Positions 12,541-25,794 of a DNA stretch of 64,000 nucleotides are shown in pieces. The notes beneath the pieces are model-generated. The model searched no databases, was not told the origin of the DNA, and saw only the letters and a list, made by a program, of their open reading frames with translations. Position numbers and translations under genes: made by a program. The first letter of the stretch is position 1; every line of letters begins with the position of its first letter. The stretch is from Negaprion brevirostris (lineage: Eukaryota), in the NCBI GenBank assembly GCA_030324005.1, contig JARDVH010000001.1, positions 111,652,299-111,716,298 on the forward strand. The letters run 5' to 3'.

Positions 12541-13859
12541 CATGATTCTCATTTAAGTCTCATTAATTATACTTCATGTACGAGGATTTCCAGCTTTTGC
12601 TGCACCTCTGTTTCCTGTGGAACGGCTGGTTTGCACCAGAATCATAGTCTGGTTGAAGATACATCCACTATCATACCTATCAACTTTCCTTGTAAATTTA
12701 TTGAGGCAAGTTCTCAAATTTCATGGAAGTGATTTACTTTAAATCAAGAACATTGATCTTTGGCTGTTGCCTCGCCGTTTCAGTTCTTACAATCGATCTT
12801 ACTTGTGTCCTGCTTATAACTTCTGAGGTTCCCCTGACCCTTACCTTACCCATTGCTCCACTTTATTTTCCTATGATGGAATCAAGGATCATCTCAAATT
12901 GGTGGGCTAAAACCTAAGACCCCTTTTGCCGATCATATTACTGTTATCTCAATCTACAGATAATAAAAGTCAGCCCTGATTATGGTTCAATCCTTTAGGT
13001 ATATTCTCTTATTCTGCTACACATCTCTTTCCTTACTGTTTTCTACAGTATAGCTGTCTGTAATGAATGCCCAACAGAACAGCATTTCACTTCAAATTTC
13101 TTAATTCCGATCAAATACTTGGAACATATTCACAATCCACATATTTTGTTATCTAAAATCTTTAATTAATACTGTTTTAATATTGTTACATCATGTCCAA
13201 CCTACAGAAAACAGTCCTTATAGCCCACCAACTTTATGAAGAACACCATGTACTTCATGCATTTGTGTGCACAGAACTCAATAAGGCCTGTGTCTCTTTA
13301 GGACTTTTGCTCTTTTGAATCTCCCTTCTTGTTCTGTTTCCTCATGTTGATCTGTTTTTTTTCTATGATGTTTATTCTACACCTCTCACTCATTTTGCTT
13401 TCTCTCTGGTTTCCTTGTCTTGTTTCATCCACCTTGCTCCAATCAAGTGAATGGACTTTTATAAAAACAGAAAGTGCTGGAATTACCCGAATGGGCTACC
13501 AACCTGCTTCGGGACAAAAGTTCAAAATCATCATAAAGAAGGATGTGATGTATTGGAATCCGTAGAACTATAGGCTTGCTGTCAATGCTAAGTCTTGCTG
13601 ATAAGTGAAGTAGAAAAGTGTTGTGAGGTAGATTGGTTACCAATTTGTTCTCCTTCGTTGTGGGAAAGTGCTTCACCTCTACTTGGCCCTTCCCGCTTGG
13701 CATCTTAGCTGATGAAAATGATGATGCCAGGAATTTTAGTCACAAACCCAAACTTGCCACCCTCCTTTTGCAACATGTTCAAGTACTGGGCAATGCTATC
13801 ATGACGTCTTGGAGAGATTTTGTTTTATCGTTATACAATCATAACTAGATTCTTTAGAG

Positions 13860-14215
13860 GACAATAGAAATGGAAGTAAACATTCAGCCCTTTGAAAGTG
13901 TTCCATTCTTAAGACACATTTTGGCTGACTTGTACCTCAATTAGAAAGACCTACCTTATCCACTGACAACATTATCTAACAAAATATCTATGGATTTCAG
14001 TCTTAAAAATTTCATTTGATCCAAAGGTATACAATCTTTTGAGACAGCAAGCTCCAGGCTTTCAGGGCTCTCTGATTTCAATCTTAAATTATCTTGCTCT
14101 TATTTTATGATAGTTAGGATTGCTCAGTTAAAGGACATTGATTTTTGGCTCATGTTCCTTTGTTCCTGGACTCCCTGGAGTCTCTGACTAGAGAAAATAG
14201 TTTCTATATACTTTT
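13860..14215 (-). mobile_element. Old CR1 3' fragment
   Basis: Decayed tail 'cattcagccctttgaa...ggctgacttgtacctcaa...tttcagtcttaaaaattt'; similar to 23100-23360. Confidence 0.5.
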
Positions 14216-15481
14216 CGTATTGCATTCCTTCATCAGGACCATTTTTGACCTGTCTGCGTTAACAACACAATGGAAAACAGCCTCGGTTATGTGTAGTCGA
14301 ACAATCAAATAAACTCCCTCATTTCTTTCCTGTGTTCTTTTAACTATTTACAACAAGCAAAAACATAATGTTAAAGCAGCATTACACACAAATCAGCACA
14401 AGAACTGAAATGTGAGCAATGGGAATATTTCATTGCATTGCAACTGGAATACTTCAACAGGTTCCTGCCCTCAGGCATTGCCATTTGCCCCAACATGATT
14501 CCTTTCATATGGATATAGTAACAGAACAGAACAGGAATGTAAACTTGCTTGCTGTTATTTTTAGCTATTTAAGAATTCAGTTCTGTTCTTTCATCTAAGG
14601 ATGTGCACATTGAGAAGCTCAGTATTTACCAAAATGGTATATTGGTAATACTTTCTGAGCACACACATCACTTATTTCTGATGATCTTTAAGTCTAATGT
14701 ATGATGAAGAAAATTTTCCAATCTGGCAAAATGACATTCAGAATGACTAAGAACTGGTGTGCAAAGCTAGCTGGAAGTGCAGAGCTTCATAAATGCAAGT
14801 CTTTTTAACATAAATCTCTCAGCTCATACAAGTTTGATCTTGTGCCAAGAGATAGTCAAAAAGAAATTGGAGTGTGGACTGGGGCTAGAAAATTGCACTG
14901 CTGAAATTTAAAAAGATGTTGATGAATAGCGCATTCCCTTAAAAGTGAATAACTGCACAAAGGAGATTTAAATTCCTAATGTTCTTGGAAAGGCTCGAAA
15001 AGCTTTTCAACCTGGTTTTAGCCTTTGCCAAGCTGAAAGGAAGAGGAAAAAACACAAGGCAAAAATCAAATGAAATCAATTCCCATATGGCGACATGAAA
15101 AGGAACTTGCAGGCAAGTGCCAGCCCAGCCCAGCACCAGTCCCAGTTTGTTGGCTGGCAAAGTATGACACATGGTTATAACGCATGCTCAGTTTGTCATT
15201 TCAATTTACCCTCACTATAGGACAGCACTGTTTAGAAGGACAGGAGGCAGTTTTAAAGGTTGACCTTATTGATGCTGTCATTGGCTATGCCACCCATCTA
15301 GCTATAGATATCCTTACAGCATATAATGAATGATTAGTATTTTCTATAATGTTTTATTCAGCATTTATTAAATGTATTCAGCCCTTTTCAAGAGTCATAG
15401 TTAGTGGACATGCCTTGATTTCAATCTTACGACCCATTGAAACAAAGGAGGGCCATTCATTAGCCTAGGCTGCCCACCACT

Positions 15482-16610
15482 GGGCTAGATTTCCAGTACC
15501 AAGTTGGGTAGCTTGGGTTGGAAAATTTCCCAACTCAGCAAACCTTGCCCCAATAAACTTGTTTCAGACGATGGAATAAAGTCAGGCCTGCTGACCTCAT
15601 AAGCAGACCATAGGCAGCCACAGTGGCAAAAGATTGTTGAGATGGGCTGTTTAGAAAGCACAGCCTTTATCTCTAGGATTTGGTTCAGATGTTTTAAAAA
15701 CTGTTTGACTCATCAGCCTCACCACTCTCACTTCATCACCCAACCGCCAACCCCATGCCCTTGCCATGTCAAATCATGCCCCTCCCACTCCATGGTACCT
15801 AATACTCCCTTGTCATCTCCATGCCAACTAATACAGTCCACTCAGTCCCTTTTCCCCCTCATACCTCCATGCCATCCACATAGCCAGAGCATCTACCATG
15901 GGCAGTTCTCAGCAACTGTGTGGAGATTTTAAAAATGAACTGCAAACAATCTTATACAGCTTATTCATATACAATTGATTGTGTAAAAACTCCAAGCCAT
16001 GAAACCCATTGAAAGTTTTTAAACTTCAAGTGGTTGATCTGCTACAAAAACAAATGCACTTGTATTCAGTAGCCATTAAAGACAACTAATCCTTTGATAC
16101 TGTCTTCAAACTGTCAAACTGTAAACTCAGAACCGCTGCTGAGATAGTACGTCTGTAGCTTTTGAAACACAAAAAACATTCACAATGAAATAATAACAAC
16201 TATTGTGAAGTGTCAACAGCTCTATTTAAACAGTTTTTTAAAAATCTACACCCAATGGCCAATCAAGGCAATCACGCACACCAGTTTTTCTTTCAAGCTA
16301 TAGAGTAGGGAATTTTAAAAAAACTTCAGATCATGACACATAAACATTCCTTATCAATCTATTCAAGAGTGTTTACATTTACTCCATACATTACGGATTC
16401 CTACACTGTGGGTTAAAGCCCTTGGAACAGGCAAAATTGGGTCCTTTTGAACTAAGCATCAAGTCAAAATGACCTCGTGAATTTGGGTTTACCACCTGCA
16501 CGAATCATGCCCCTCTGTGTTCTGCCAGTTGACATCAATCAGATCTGTTGAAAATTGAATAAGACTTCCGTTTCTCGGTCTCACCTGTATTTGCAAAAGA
16601 TTCAGCCTCC
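15482..16610. mobile_element. Long non-autonomous TIR element (Harbinger-like, family with a CCATG-rich tract)
   Basis: Starts 'gggctagatttcc' and ends 'aaagattcagcc'. A C-rich ccatg tract is followed by an AT-rich block homologous to 59430-59540 and, inverted, to 26900-27790. Confidence 0.45.
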
Positions 16611-16864
16611 ATCAACATCCAATCCACTGAGGATAAATTAAGTGCTGAGAGAAGCACAAATGACTACTATCTCATGTGAAGTTCCAGATAGTTCTCATCT
16701 ACTGCTAAAAAGGATCAGCCTGCGATTAATAAATATAATACTAAGCATTAGAAATGATGAACAGTTTGCTTCTATATTGGGTTAAAATTCACCATTGCAA
16801 TTAAGGTCACTAGCCATCTGACTAAAGCAGGTTAAAAAGTCACATGTCATACTATAGACACAAA

Positions 16865-17677
16865 ACAGAATTCTCCCATTTTGGGACCAAGTCCCAGGGT
16901 GGCAGCAGGAATGTGGAATGCCTCCTGCTGTGGAGGCTGAAGAGANNNNNNNNNNNNNNNNNNNNNNNNNNNNNNNNNNNNNNNNNNNNNNNNNNNNNNN
17001 NNNNNNNNNNNNNNNNNNNNNNNNNNNNNNNNNNNNNNNNNNNNNAACATTCCAAAACCTCCCCTCCAACCTCATTAATTATGCACACAGATGTCATGTG
17101 TTGTATTCCTTGGCATGGCAGGCCTGATATCTGGCTACCATATTGAAAAGACACACACATTACTGACCAATTATTGAAAGGTGGACCTCTTGAAAGTGAA
17201 GGTGGATCTCTAGGGACATTCTAAGGCTGGTAGGTGGACCCCCTCAGGACACAGTACCTGGAAGGTTCATCTGCAGATGCTCTCCCACCCCACTGCTGTA
17301 GTTTGAGACAAGGGTTGCAGATGTTTCCATGTTGAACTCAGGAGACAGTTTCAGGCATTGTTCAGATGAGTCCTGACATCTGCATGCCACATTGTTCCAA
17401 ATTTGTTTTGCAACAGTATGCTTTCCCGTCAACATTGTGGTGAATCCAGCATGGGGGGAGGGGGCAGCCTTTATCTGCATCCCATTAATAGGATGCAACT
17501 TGGTTTCCTGCCGGCCTGTGATGGGTTTTCCAACTCACCATGGCGGGCACCAGCAGAAGACTTTGCTGTAAATTCATACTAGTGTGAAACCAATTTATGG
17601 ACCTTATTCTCCCCCCCCATGCCCGCCATCGAGTCCACCATTGAACCCACCAGCAGGGCCTTGAGAGGATTCCACCC
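16865..17677. mobile_element. GC-rich TIR element (Harbinger-like)
   Basis: Termini 'cagaattctccc' and 'gagaggattccaccc'. Confidence 0.45.
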
Positions 17678-18679
17678 ACAGAGATGCAGGAATTCAATTA
17701 TTTAAAACTTTTCAAATTCTTTATTTTGAAACTGTTCCATCAATTGTTATAACAAATTGATATAATAAATTGGGTGAGGAGATCTGCAATTCTGTTATGC
17801 TTCTGGATGATGAGCGATAAGCAGACTCCCATTTCTTTTTTCAATCTCTTTTGTTGGTCACAACAAAGATTTATTTAGAATCCTTCCCCATAGATACCTT
17901 TTCCTAATCCAAACGCATTTACTTTTTATAAGCAGCCAATGAAACCACACACATCAGAAAGCAGAAGTTAAGAGCCAAATAATCAAAATAAAAGTCCTTG
18001 GCTTGTCTGTCTGGCATAGATGGTGGTATGTTGTGGCCATTAATTTGGTTAACTTCAGTAATTTTACAGATTCACAATCTGCTGGAGGTAACTGTTCCAG
18101 AAAGAAGAGGTGACCTGCTCAACTCCACCGGGCTAACTGAAGAAGCTGTCCTGATACTTCCTGCTTGCTGGCTCCAGCAAGAGACAGAGGACTTCTCATT
18201 TTTCTGATTTCTTTCTCTCACTACTAATTTAGCCAGTTTTTGACTCATTTCTACGAAAATAAAAGCCAGGTCTTGCACTAATCTCAGAACTTTTTACATA
18301 TTCCAAAATATGAATCAACAGGGATGGAGGTTTCTGAGTATAGCATGAAATGTTGGAAACATCCCATTGTCTCTCTAATACTGGAAATTAAGGCAGAGCC
18401 TTTTACATTTCTCATATCTTTCTTTCAGGTATGTTTAAAATGGCCTTGACGCCACTTCAGGAGCAAAATTCTATGCCTTTCCAGAAAGGTCTTTCAACAT
18501 ATTCCACACAGAAATTTTCCACAAAGCAGTCACTTTGCCTTAGCAGCCATCTTTTGGTCAGTGGACTTACTTATATGTCTTTAAAAAATAACAGGTCTTC
18601 TTTAATTTTTTTTATGCCCATATGCACTTGGTGATCTGGAGTCCACTGTCATGATAGCTGATATAAAAATTGACATAGA

Positions 18680-19162
18680 TCCCCAAAGCCTTTCCACCAC
18701 CTACAAAGTAGAAATCAGGAGCATGGTTGAATACTCTCTGCTTGCTTGGTAGGTGTAGCTCCAACAATACTCATGACATTCAACATCATCCAGGAGACTT
18801 CATCAGCATTCCACATACTAGATTCATCATCTGGCCTCTCCAGTATCAGCTCAACATGGCTGCAGTATGTACAATCTACGGGGTGCACTGCAGCAATTTG
18901 CCAATATTTTTTTGGCAACAACACCTAAATCCATGAACCACGTCGCCCTGAAGGACAAAGGCAGCAACTGAATGTTAACATATTAACTTCCAAATTTCCC
19001 TCCAGGTCACACTCATTCTGACTTAGACTGATCAAAAACCTGAAACTCCCTATCGAAAGCATTGGGAGAGTGTATTCATCACATTACTGTTCCTCCACCT
19101 TTCCTAGGAATAGGCAATAAATATCAGCCTTGTCAGCGACACCCATCTCCCAGAATGAATAA
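18680..19162 (+). mobile_element. CR1/L2-group LINE 3' end (partner of SINE family B)
   Basis: Motifs STTYKVEIRSMVEYSLLAW and AAVCTIYGVHCSN, with tail 'ggcaataaatatcagccttgtcagcgacacccatctcccagaatgaataa'. Second copy at 24110-24565. Confidence 0.75.
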
Positions 19163-19235
19163 TGAGAGACATCCATGTATTTGGCAGATTGGATGGTAGC
19201 ATAAGATGTTCAAAATAACTTTGCCAGGGTTAAGT

Positions 19236-19365
19236 AAATGGCTTGCATTTATCTGACACCTTCAATGCAAGAAAATATTTTAAGGCACTTGACAAAAATA
19301 ACAAGAAATGACACCATGCTAAAGAAGGCAATATTAAGAAAGGTGAGTAAAGCCTGAGAAGAGAA
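19236..19365 (-). mobile_element. L2 LINE 3' tail fragment
   Basis: Sequence 'cttgcatttat...aaggcacttgaca...tgacaccatgctaaagaaggcaatattaag' resembles an L2 tail. The same 'ttgcattt' terminus occurs on the DeuSINE at 49322. Confidence 0.5.
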
Positions 19366-20854
19366 ATACTGCAAGTGAAAATTGGAAAGCCTATTTTAAA
19401 GACATTGTTAGGTTTTACTACAATACTGAATATGTAAGCACAAACAGCAACAATAAAGGAATCTGATGATAGTACTCACTTTTCTGAAAATCTTCTTGGT
19501 AAATAATGGCATTATCACTCAGTGAGCTGTTGTCACATATCAACATGAGCAACAAGAAGTTGGGTTTGCATACATTACATTTCTTCAGTTCCTAAACTGA
19601 GATCAATTTATCAGATCAAGAACTGGCTAGAGCCTGTATGCAATTATTTTATTGCTTTGATATAATTTATTGGGATGGTGCTACTGTTCCTGTTGCCGCT
19701 GCTGCTTCCTAATTTGACTCACAAAGTTGTCCAACCTCTAAAGCCCACAGATAGCATGAGTGCAGTGGCTGAAATAAAACTCTAAAGTGCCGTCAATTTG
19801 TGCAAGAAAAATGTTAATAGATTTCTTATTGCTTTTTCTCATTTGATTCACATGTGGAAAACATTAAAACTTACACTACAGAATGCCTCGTCAAAGGAAT
19901 GAACCAAGAGCAAGACACAGAATGGAACAACTGATGAAGAATGTGCCCCAATCCAATATAGAGAATTCCAGTTCTGATGTTACTCTGCCACCAAAGTCAC
20001 TCTGAAGTGGAACACATTGCCACATGTTGGATACATCTGTGTCAACCTAATTTTCAAAGAGACTATTTTTGGTGTAATGCTACACAATCCACATCAACAC
20101 AATGTGTTGCTATCAGATGCAAGTGGTACTAATTTACAAACCTTCTTTAAGCCTTTGAGGAATGCATTTTTGAATTCCAGCATTTTCTGCATTGCCATGA
20201 TTGGTAACTTTAAACATTTGAGATTCAACAGAAAATTATTTTATCAACTATAAATTGAAATATGGCCATGGATTTGAAGCTAAAGAACACAACACTGCAC
20301 ATAAAATTAATGATCAATAAGTTTGCTTGGTGGACAGAGTACAATACTGAATGTGTCAGGCACCCAAACTCAAAAAAAAACACTCAACTGGCATCCGGAT
20401 GAACTCATCAGATTTTAAACCACTAAGTTGTTGGGTAGAAGTACAGTAAAGAATTTTTATCCTCCTCTGCTTATCACATAATGAAGAATTTGCTGAGTCA
20501 TGGGCAGGATACCCCCTCCACCAAGATCTTCTTTGCCAATTTCTATGGCATTCTGCATGACTTGCCCAACCTGCTGTCAGAGAACCCACGGTGAGGGATC
20601 ATCCTCAACAGAACCAGAAGATCCCGCCGCACAGAAGGGCTGAAATATATTGCATGTTGAGTCTCTTAGCCATGAGCTTTTTCTTCTATTAATCTACAAA
20701 AATGAACTTCTTTCAATGTTTGCAGTTTTCCAACATATCTTGAACTGTTATAAACCCAACTGACATATGAAATGCATTTTTTAGTACATTTGTACATGTA
20801 CAGAAGAAATCAGTAATTATTTGTTCGGAAAATTTAGTTGTCTATTTTTATTTC

Positions 20855-21146
20855 TTTCATGTTACCCATCCCAAATTGCTCTTGAACTGAATAACTTGCA
20901 AAGCAATTTCAAAGGGCAATCAAGAATCAATAACACTGGGTCTGGAATTATATGTAGGTCAGCAGATGGGTTTCTACAACAATCAGCAATGGTTTAATAA
21001 TCACTATTACTGAGACTAGACGGATTTTAATTGAATTTAAATTCCACCAGCTGTCGTGGTGGGATTTGAATCCACGTCCCCAGAGTATTAGCCTAGCCTC
21101 TGGATTACTAGTCTCATGACATTACCACTACATTATCACCTCACCA
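20855..21146 (-). mobile_element. tRNA-headed SINE (family B)
   Basis: Minus-strand head has an A-box-like 'tgtagtggt' and a B-box-like 'ggattcaaatccc'. The tail 'gcaatttgggatggg' matches the LINE tail at about 24500. Confidence 0.75.
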
Positions 21147-21369
21147 ATGAACTAGAATTCATCTCTAATTGTTGGGCTGTTTGGCTATTTATATGAAAAC
21201 TTCAGTGAGAAACAGGGGAAAAAGATGCTTCAAAGTAGTAAGAGTTCATTAAAATGATACTCATCTTTAGTTAACCTTAGATCAGAAAGCAAAATTGAAT
21301 AAGTTGTGGTGGAAAAATTAGCCTTTAGTCCCATTCTCCTTGCAAGGAGCATTAGTGAATTTGCCAATG

Positions 21370-21438
21370 AGCCATGGCTCAGTAATAGCACTCTCTCTGA
21401 GTTAGTAGGCTGCTCTTTCAAACCCCATCCCAGAGACT
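21370..21438 (+). mobile_element. DeuSINE (SacSINE1-like) head fragment
   Basis: Sequence 'agccatggctcagtaatagcactctctctgagttag...ttcaaaccccatcccagagact' is homologous to the reverse complement of 50570-50658. Confidence 0.55.
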
Positions 21439-21439
21439 A

Positions 21440-22280
21440 ACACTGATTGTCTCATCCTGCTACACTAAGTTTTTAGCACAGCAGGCCAGGAGAATTCCAA
21501 GGTGGCCAGGATATGCATGAGCATTCGCCCTCTGCCAGCATCTACCAGCACTGAATTTCTGACGGTGTCTGCTCCACATCAAAAATCAACTGGGAGACAC
21601 GGAAATTATTTAAATAATCATTTCCCTGCAATTTAAATGATGTTAGCAGGCTCAAGACTGAAGTCTCCAGGCCTGCTAGCCTCTCCTATCCCACCAGAGT
21701 GTTTCACTCCAGCAGGAATTGCACTAGCTCCCCACTTTCAGGGGACAAAGGGACCCAACCTCACTGGAGTGAAGGGGGGAATTTGGGGCCCCCCAAGGGG
21801 TGCTGCCCCCTGGGCATGGGCATCCTGGCATTGCCTGTATGTTCCCTCTGACAGTGCCCAAGGGGCAAAATGCCAATGTCCAGGGGCACCTTGGCACTGC
21901 CCATCCAGACATGGGGGGGTGGGGCCAAATGGGACAGGAGCCTAGGGGGCAATTGGTGGGGTTTGGCATGTTCCCGCTGCCACTATACCTAGGGATCGGT
22001 CAGAGAAGGAGGGAGGCCAGCATCAGAGCAGACAGCTGGGCCCAGGAATGGTTGAGGTGTCCAGTGATCAGGTCATGGAGAGGGTGGAGTGGTGCTCGGA
22101 GGACCGATAATGCGGAGGTCATGGGGCTGGCCAGTGATTCAGCTGGCCAGCAAAGAGGGAAGTTGTCAGTGCGGGGCCACTGTGCATGTACTAATAGCAT
22201 AATTAGCTATGATAAGAGGCCATTTAGCACACCGTCTCTACATCAGTTCTCCAAATTTGCAACGCAAAATTCTCCTGCCT
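21440..22280. mobile_element. GC-rich TIR-type element (Harbinger-like)
   Basis: GC-rich island with repeated ggca/tgcc motifs like 5640-6559. Its overlapping ORFs have low complexity. Confidence 0.5.
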
Positions 22281-22284
22281 TCTC

Positions 22285-23095
22285 CTTATACTCCTGCACA
22301 CCTTCCCTTTTCAAATAACAGTCGAATTCCCTTTTGAATGTTTTAATTGAACCTGCCTCCAACACTCTCAGGCAATGCATTCCAAAACCTAACCACCCAC
22401 TGTGTAAAAAGGTTTCTCCTCATATCAGTTATGTTTCTTCACTAATTACTTTACTTCTGTGTCCTCTCATTTGCGATCCTTTCACGGGTAGGAACAGTTT
22501 CTCCCTATTTGTTCTACCTAGACCCTTCATGATTTTGCACATCACTATCAAATCTCCTCTCAATCTTCTTTTCTCTAAGAAAAACAGTTCTAATTTCTCT
22601 GATCTGCCTTCATAATGGAAGTTTATAATCCCTGGGACCATTCTCATGAATCTTTTCTGCACCCTCTCTGATGCCTTCACATCCTTTGTAAAGTGCAGTA
22701 CCCAGAACTGGATGTAATACTACAACTGAGGCTAGACTAGTAACTTGTATAAGTTAAACACAACCTCCTGTTCTTGCACTCTCTGTCACCATTAATATAG
22801 TTCAGCACGCTATATGCTTTATTAACTGCTCTCCGATCCTATCTTGTCACCTTCAATGATTTATGCACTCATACACTCAGGCTCCTCTGCTCCTCCACTC
22901 ACTTTAAAGTTTCACCCTTTAGTTTACATAATCCCTCCATGTTCTTCTTACCAAAATGAATCATTGCACGCTTCTCTGCATTGAACTTCATCTGCCACCT
23001 GTCTGCCCATTCTATCAACTTGATTAAGCCCCTCTGAAGTATTTTGTACACTGTCCTCTTCTCAGTTCACAATGCTTCCAAATTTAGTATATTCC
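22285..23095 (-). mobile_element. CR1 LINE ORF2 3' region
   Basis: ORF 22429-22680 reads ERVQKRFMRMVPG...LFFLEKRRLRGDLI...RGH. Confidence 0.9.
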
Positions 23096-23099
23096 TTCA

Positions 23100-24105
23100 G
23101 CTCCATGTGAGCTACTCTGCCATCTGATGATCTGTGTATTACTTCAGCTTTTATATCTTTGTTCTAATTCCCTTAATACCCTTACCTGACAAATATCCAT
23201 TAGTTTCAGGTTTAAAGTTTTCAACTGGTTGAGCCTCAACAGCATTTGAGTGATGAAAATTTTACTTGAAGTAGTACTTCCTGGCATCACCGCTAAATAA
23301 ACCAGCTCTTTTTTTTAGATTTTCCCCCAATTCTGCTCTGAACACTCCACAAGAGAAAAATGTTTCTATTTAACCCATCAACTGATTTAATAATCTTCAA
23401 CAACCCAGTAGCCTTGTTCACACAACCTGTCCTCAGAATTCAATCCTCTGCACCGTACTGCATCCTATCTGAGGCCAATATCATTCCTGAGGTGTGGTAT
23501 CCAGAACTGACTGCAATACTCCAGTTGGGGTCTGACTGGAACTCTATAAACTATAGCAGAAATTCCATCCCTGTGTTCCAGACAAGATAAGACTAACATT
23601 CTATTAACCTTTTGTTCAGAATGGCACCCAAACACTTATTGATGTCTGTAAATGAAGCCCTAAATATCTGCTCATCCACAGTTCTTAGCTTCTCCCCATT
23701 TTTAAAATATTCTGATCTTATCTTTGAAATTTCGATTCCACCTACACAATTTACTATTATGGCAACAAACTTGGTGTCATCAGCAAATGTTCTCTATTCC
23801 TTAGTCTTATTGAAAAATACAAATGAAAAAGTAAGACCCCAGTACATATACTTAAGGATACTACTGGCCACATTCAAACAGTTGGAGTACACATCCATTA
23901 CTTTCTTGTCTTCTATCATCTAACCAATTTTCTACCAATGTCAAAAGATTATTTTCCAGTTCTAAGCACTTTCTTCTTTTCAAACTGCCTCTTGTGAAAT
24001 ATTATTGAATGCCTTCTGAAAATCCATATATATTTCATTCATTACTCCTTTCTCCACCATATTAGTGACCTACTTTAAAAAATCAACTTGGTTAATTAGA
24101 CACGG
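23100..24105 (-). mobile_element. Older CR1 LINE fragment(s)
   Basis: Minus strand gives LEYCSQFWIPHLRND, FADDTK ('aacttggtgtcatcagcaaa') and MDFQKAF ('gaatgccttctgaaaatccat'). Confidence 0.75.
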
Positions 24106-24109
24106 CTTC

Positions 24110-24565
24110 CTCACCATCTACAAGCCACAAGTCCAGTTGCCTGGATGAGTGAAATTCCAACAATGTTCAAAAAAAAATCAACACCACACTGGACAAAGCA
24201 GTCTACTTGATTGGCACCCCATCCATAAATTTAATCTTTTATTCTTTCCACCAAAGCCACAAGATGCTCTGTAGTAACCAACCAAGGCTCCCTCAACAGC
24301 ACCTTCCAAATCCATAACGTCTATCACCTAGGAAGGACAAAAGCAGCGGATGCATGGGAACACTACTACCTGCAGGTTCTCCTCCAAGCCAAACACCATC
24401 CTGATTTAGAACTATATCACCGTTCACTGTCACCAGTCAAAAAGCTTGAAGTTCCTTCCTAAAAGTACTGTGGGAGTGCCAACACCATATGACATATGGA
24501 CAATTGGGAATGGGCAAAATGCTGGCATTTCCATCAATACCCAAATATCACGATAGAATAAAAAC
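24110..24565 (+). mobile_element. CR1/L2-group LINE 3' end (second copy)
   Basis: Motifs TIYK...DKAVYLIGTP...RTKAADAWEHYYLQVLLQAKHHPDLELY; homologous to 18680-19162. Confidence 0.8.
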
Positions 24566-24572
24566 AAGTAAT

Positions 24573-25380
24573 GGGCTGGATTTTATGGCCCCACTGTCAG
24601 ACATGTAAAAATATGACAGGTAAAAATATGACAGTTGGCTAACTGGTGCCTTTTTGCCTACCCCCAATCTGATCCCCATACTGATCCCCCATAAGCAAAT
24701 GGGCACAAAAATTAGCAGCCCTCACGCCATTTATTAAAAATGATAAATAAGCAATTGAGCTTGTTAACAAGCCAAGTGACCTAAATATTATAAAAGCAAA
24801 ATACTGCAGATCCTGGAAATTGAAACAAAAACAGAAAATGCTGGAAAACCTGGTCTGACAGCACCTATGGAGAGAGAATAGAGTCAACGTTTTGAGCATG
24901 GATTACTCTTTGTCAGAGCCAAATATTATGTTGCCTATGCAAGAATATGGTTGGCATGGGCAGGTGGGCAGTAGTGGGAGGCCTTTTTTGAACTTAACTT
25001 TTTAAGAGGTGTAAGGGAGCATACATCCTTCAGGAAGTGCCCTGTGTGCATTGAGGGCATGCCTCACAAGATGATATCCCATTTGTACCTCCCCTTCTGG
25101 CCTCCAAATTCTGTACCCACATCAAGTTTGCCTATGAGGTGCCTGGTCCCTCCTTGTTCATAAAGCCCAGGACGTTGCTTAGTCCAGCATCCATTGCCCT
25201 TCTTCCCAGTGTCTGCTTGCAGTCCCACCAATGCCTACTTGAATTCTGGCAAACTGCACAATCAGCAGCATGTTAGTGATGCAGGATGGCCTTTTTTAAA
25301 GTTGGCTGGACAAGGGCAGTAGGTGCATGACAATCACCCCCTCTCCAGCACAGAAGTGTGTTCTGGTCATCAGCAACTGC
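24573..25380. mobile_element. Harbinger-like non-autonomous element hosting a Penelope-type insert
   Basis: Starts 'gggctggattttatgg' and carries, inverted, the core motif seen at 34960, 44780 and 52330. Confidence 0.4.
24792..24920 (-). mobile_element. Short Penelope-type element (second family) with a decayed hammerhead motif
   Basis: Flanked by the perfect direct repeat AAATATTAT (24783-24791 and 24921-24929). The minus strand reads CTGACAA-AGAGTAATCCATGCTC-AAAA-CGTT. Confidence 0.7.
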
Positions 25381-25794
25381 AGTATTAAAATTGAGATTTC
25401 AACACTTCAGAAATGTTGATGTCACTTTCAGGATCACACTGTACCTATCTAAATTCTGATTGTTTATAAGTTTATTAACAGCTTGGCTTTTTGAAGCAAT
25501 TACAGTTTTGCAATAAAGTGTAAAGTGAAATATGGCGCTTCTCAAATGTATTTTCTCCCTAGCTTCCAGGTCATTGTTAACTCTGGCCAATAACTCAGTG
25601 GGCAATCTGCCAATAATGTATTACTTCAATAACAAGATCTCCCAACACTGCAATACTGCAAGGTAGTTGAGATGCAGGAGATGAACCTGCAGTATACTCT
25701 CATGCTTTTCTTTCCCATGTTCCCATCAACCTGGGTGAGATTCATAATTCAATATTAATATAACTTCTAACACTGCCCCAAAATAAGTGTCAGT

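Noticed and set aside
13447-13570. Exon after a pyrimidine-rich tract
   Set aside because: The open frames are short and unrecognised, and there is no convincing donor.
18071-18207. Exon following ttttacag
   Set aside because: The peptide is unrecognised and the only nearby donor gives an 18-nt micro-exon that I cannot support.
21637-22318. Cluster of 80-170 aa ORFs on both strands
   Set aside because: They lie in a GC-rich repeat with few stop codons and show no protein motifs. The same applies to 6077-6528, 42194-42799, 49715-50204 and 55736-56235.
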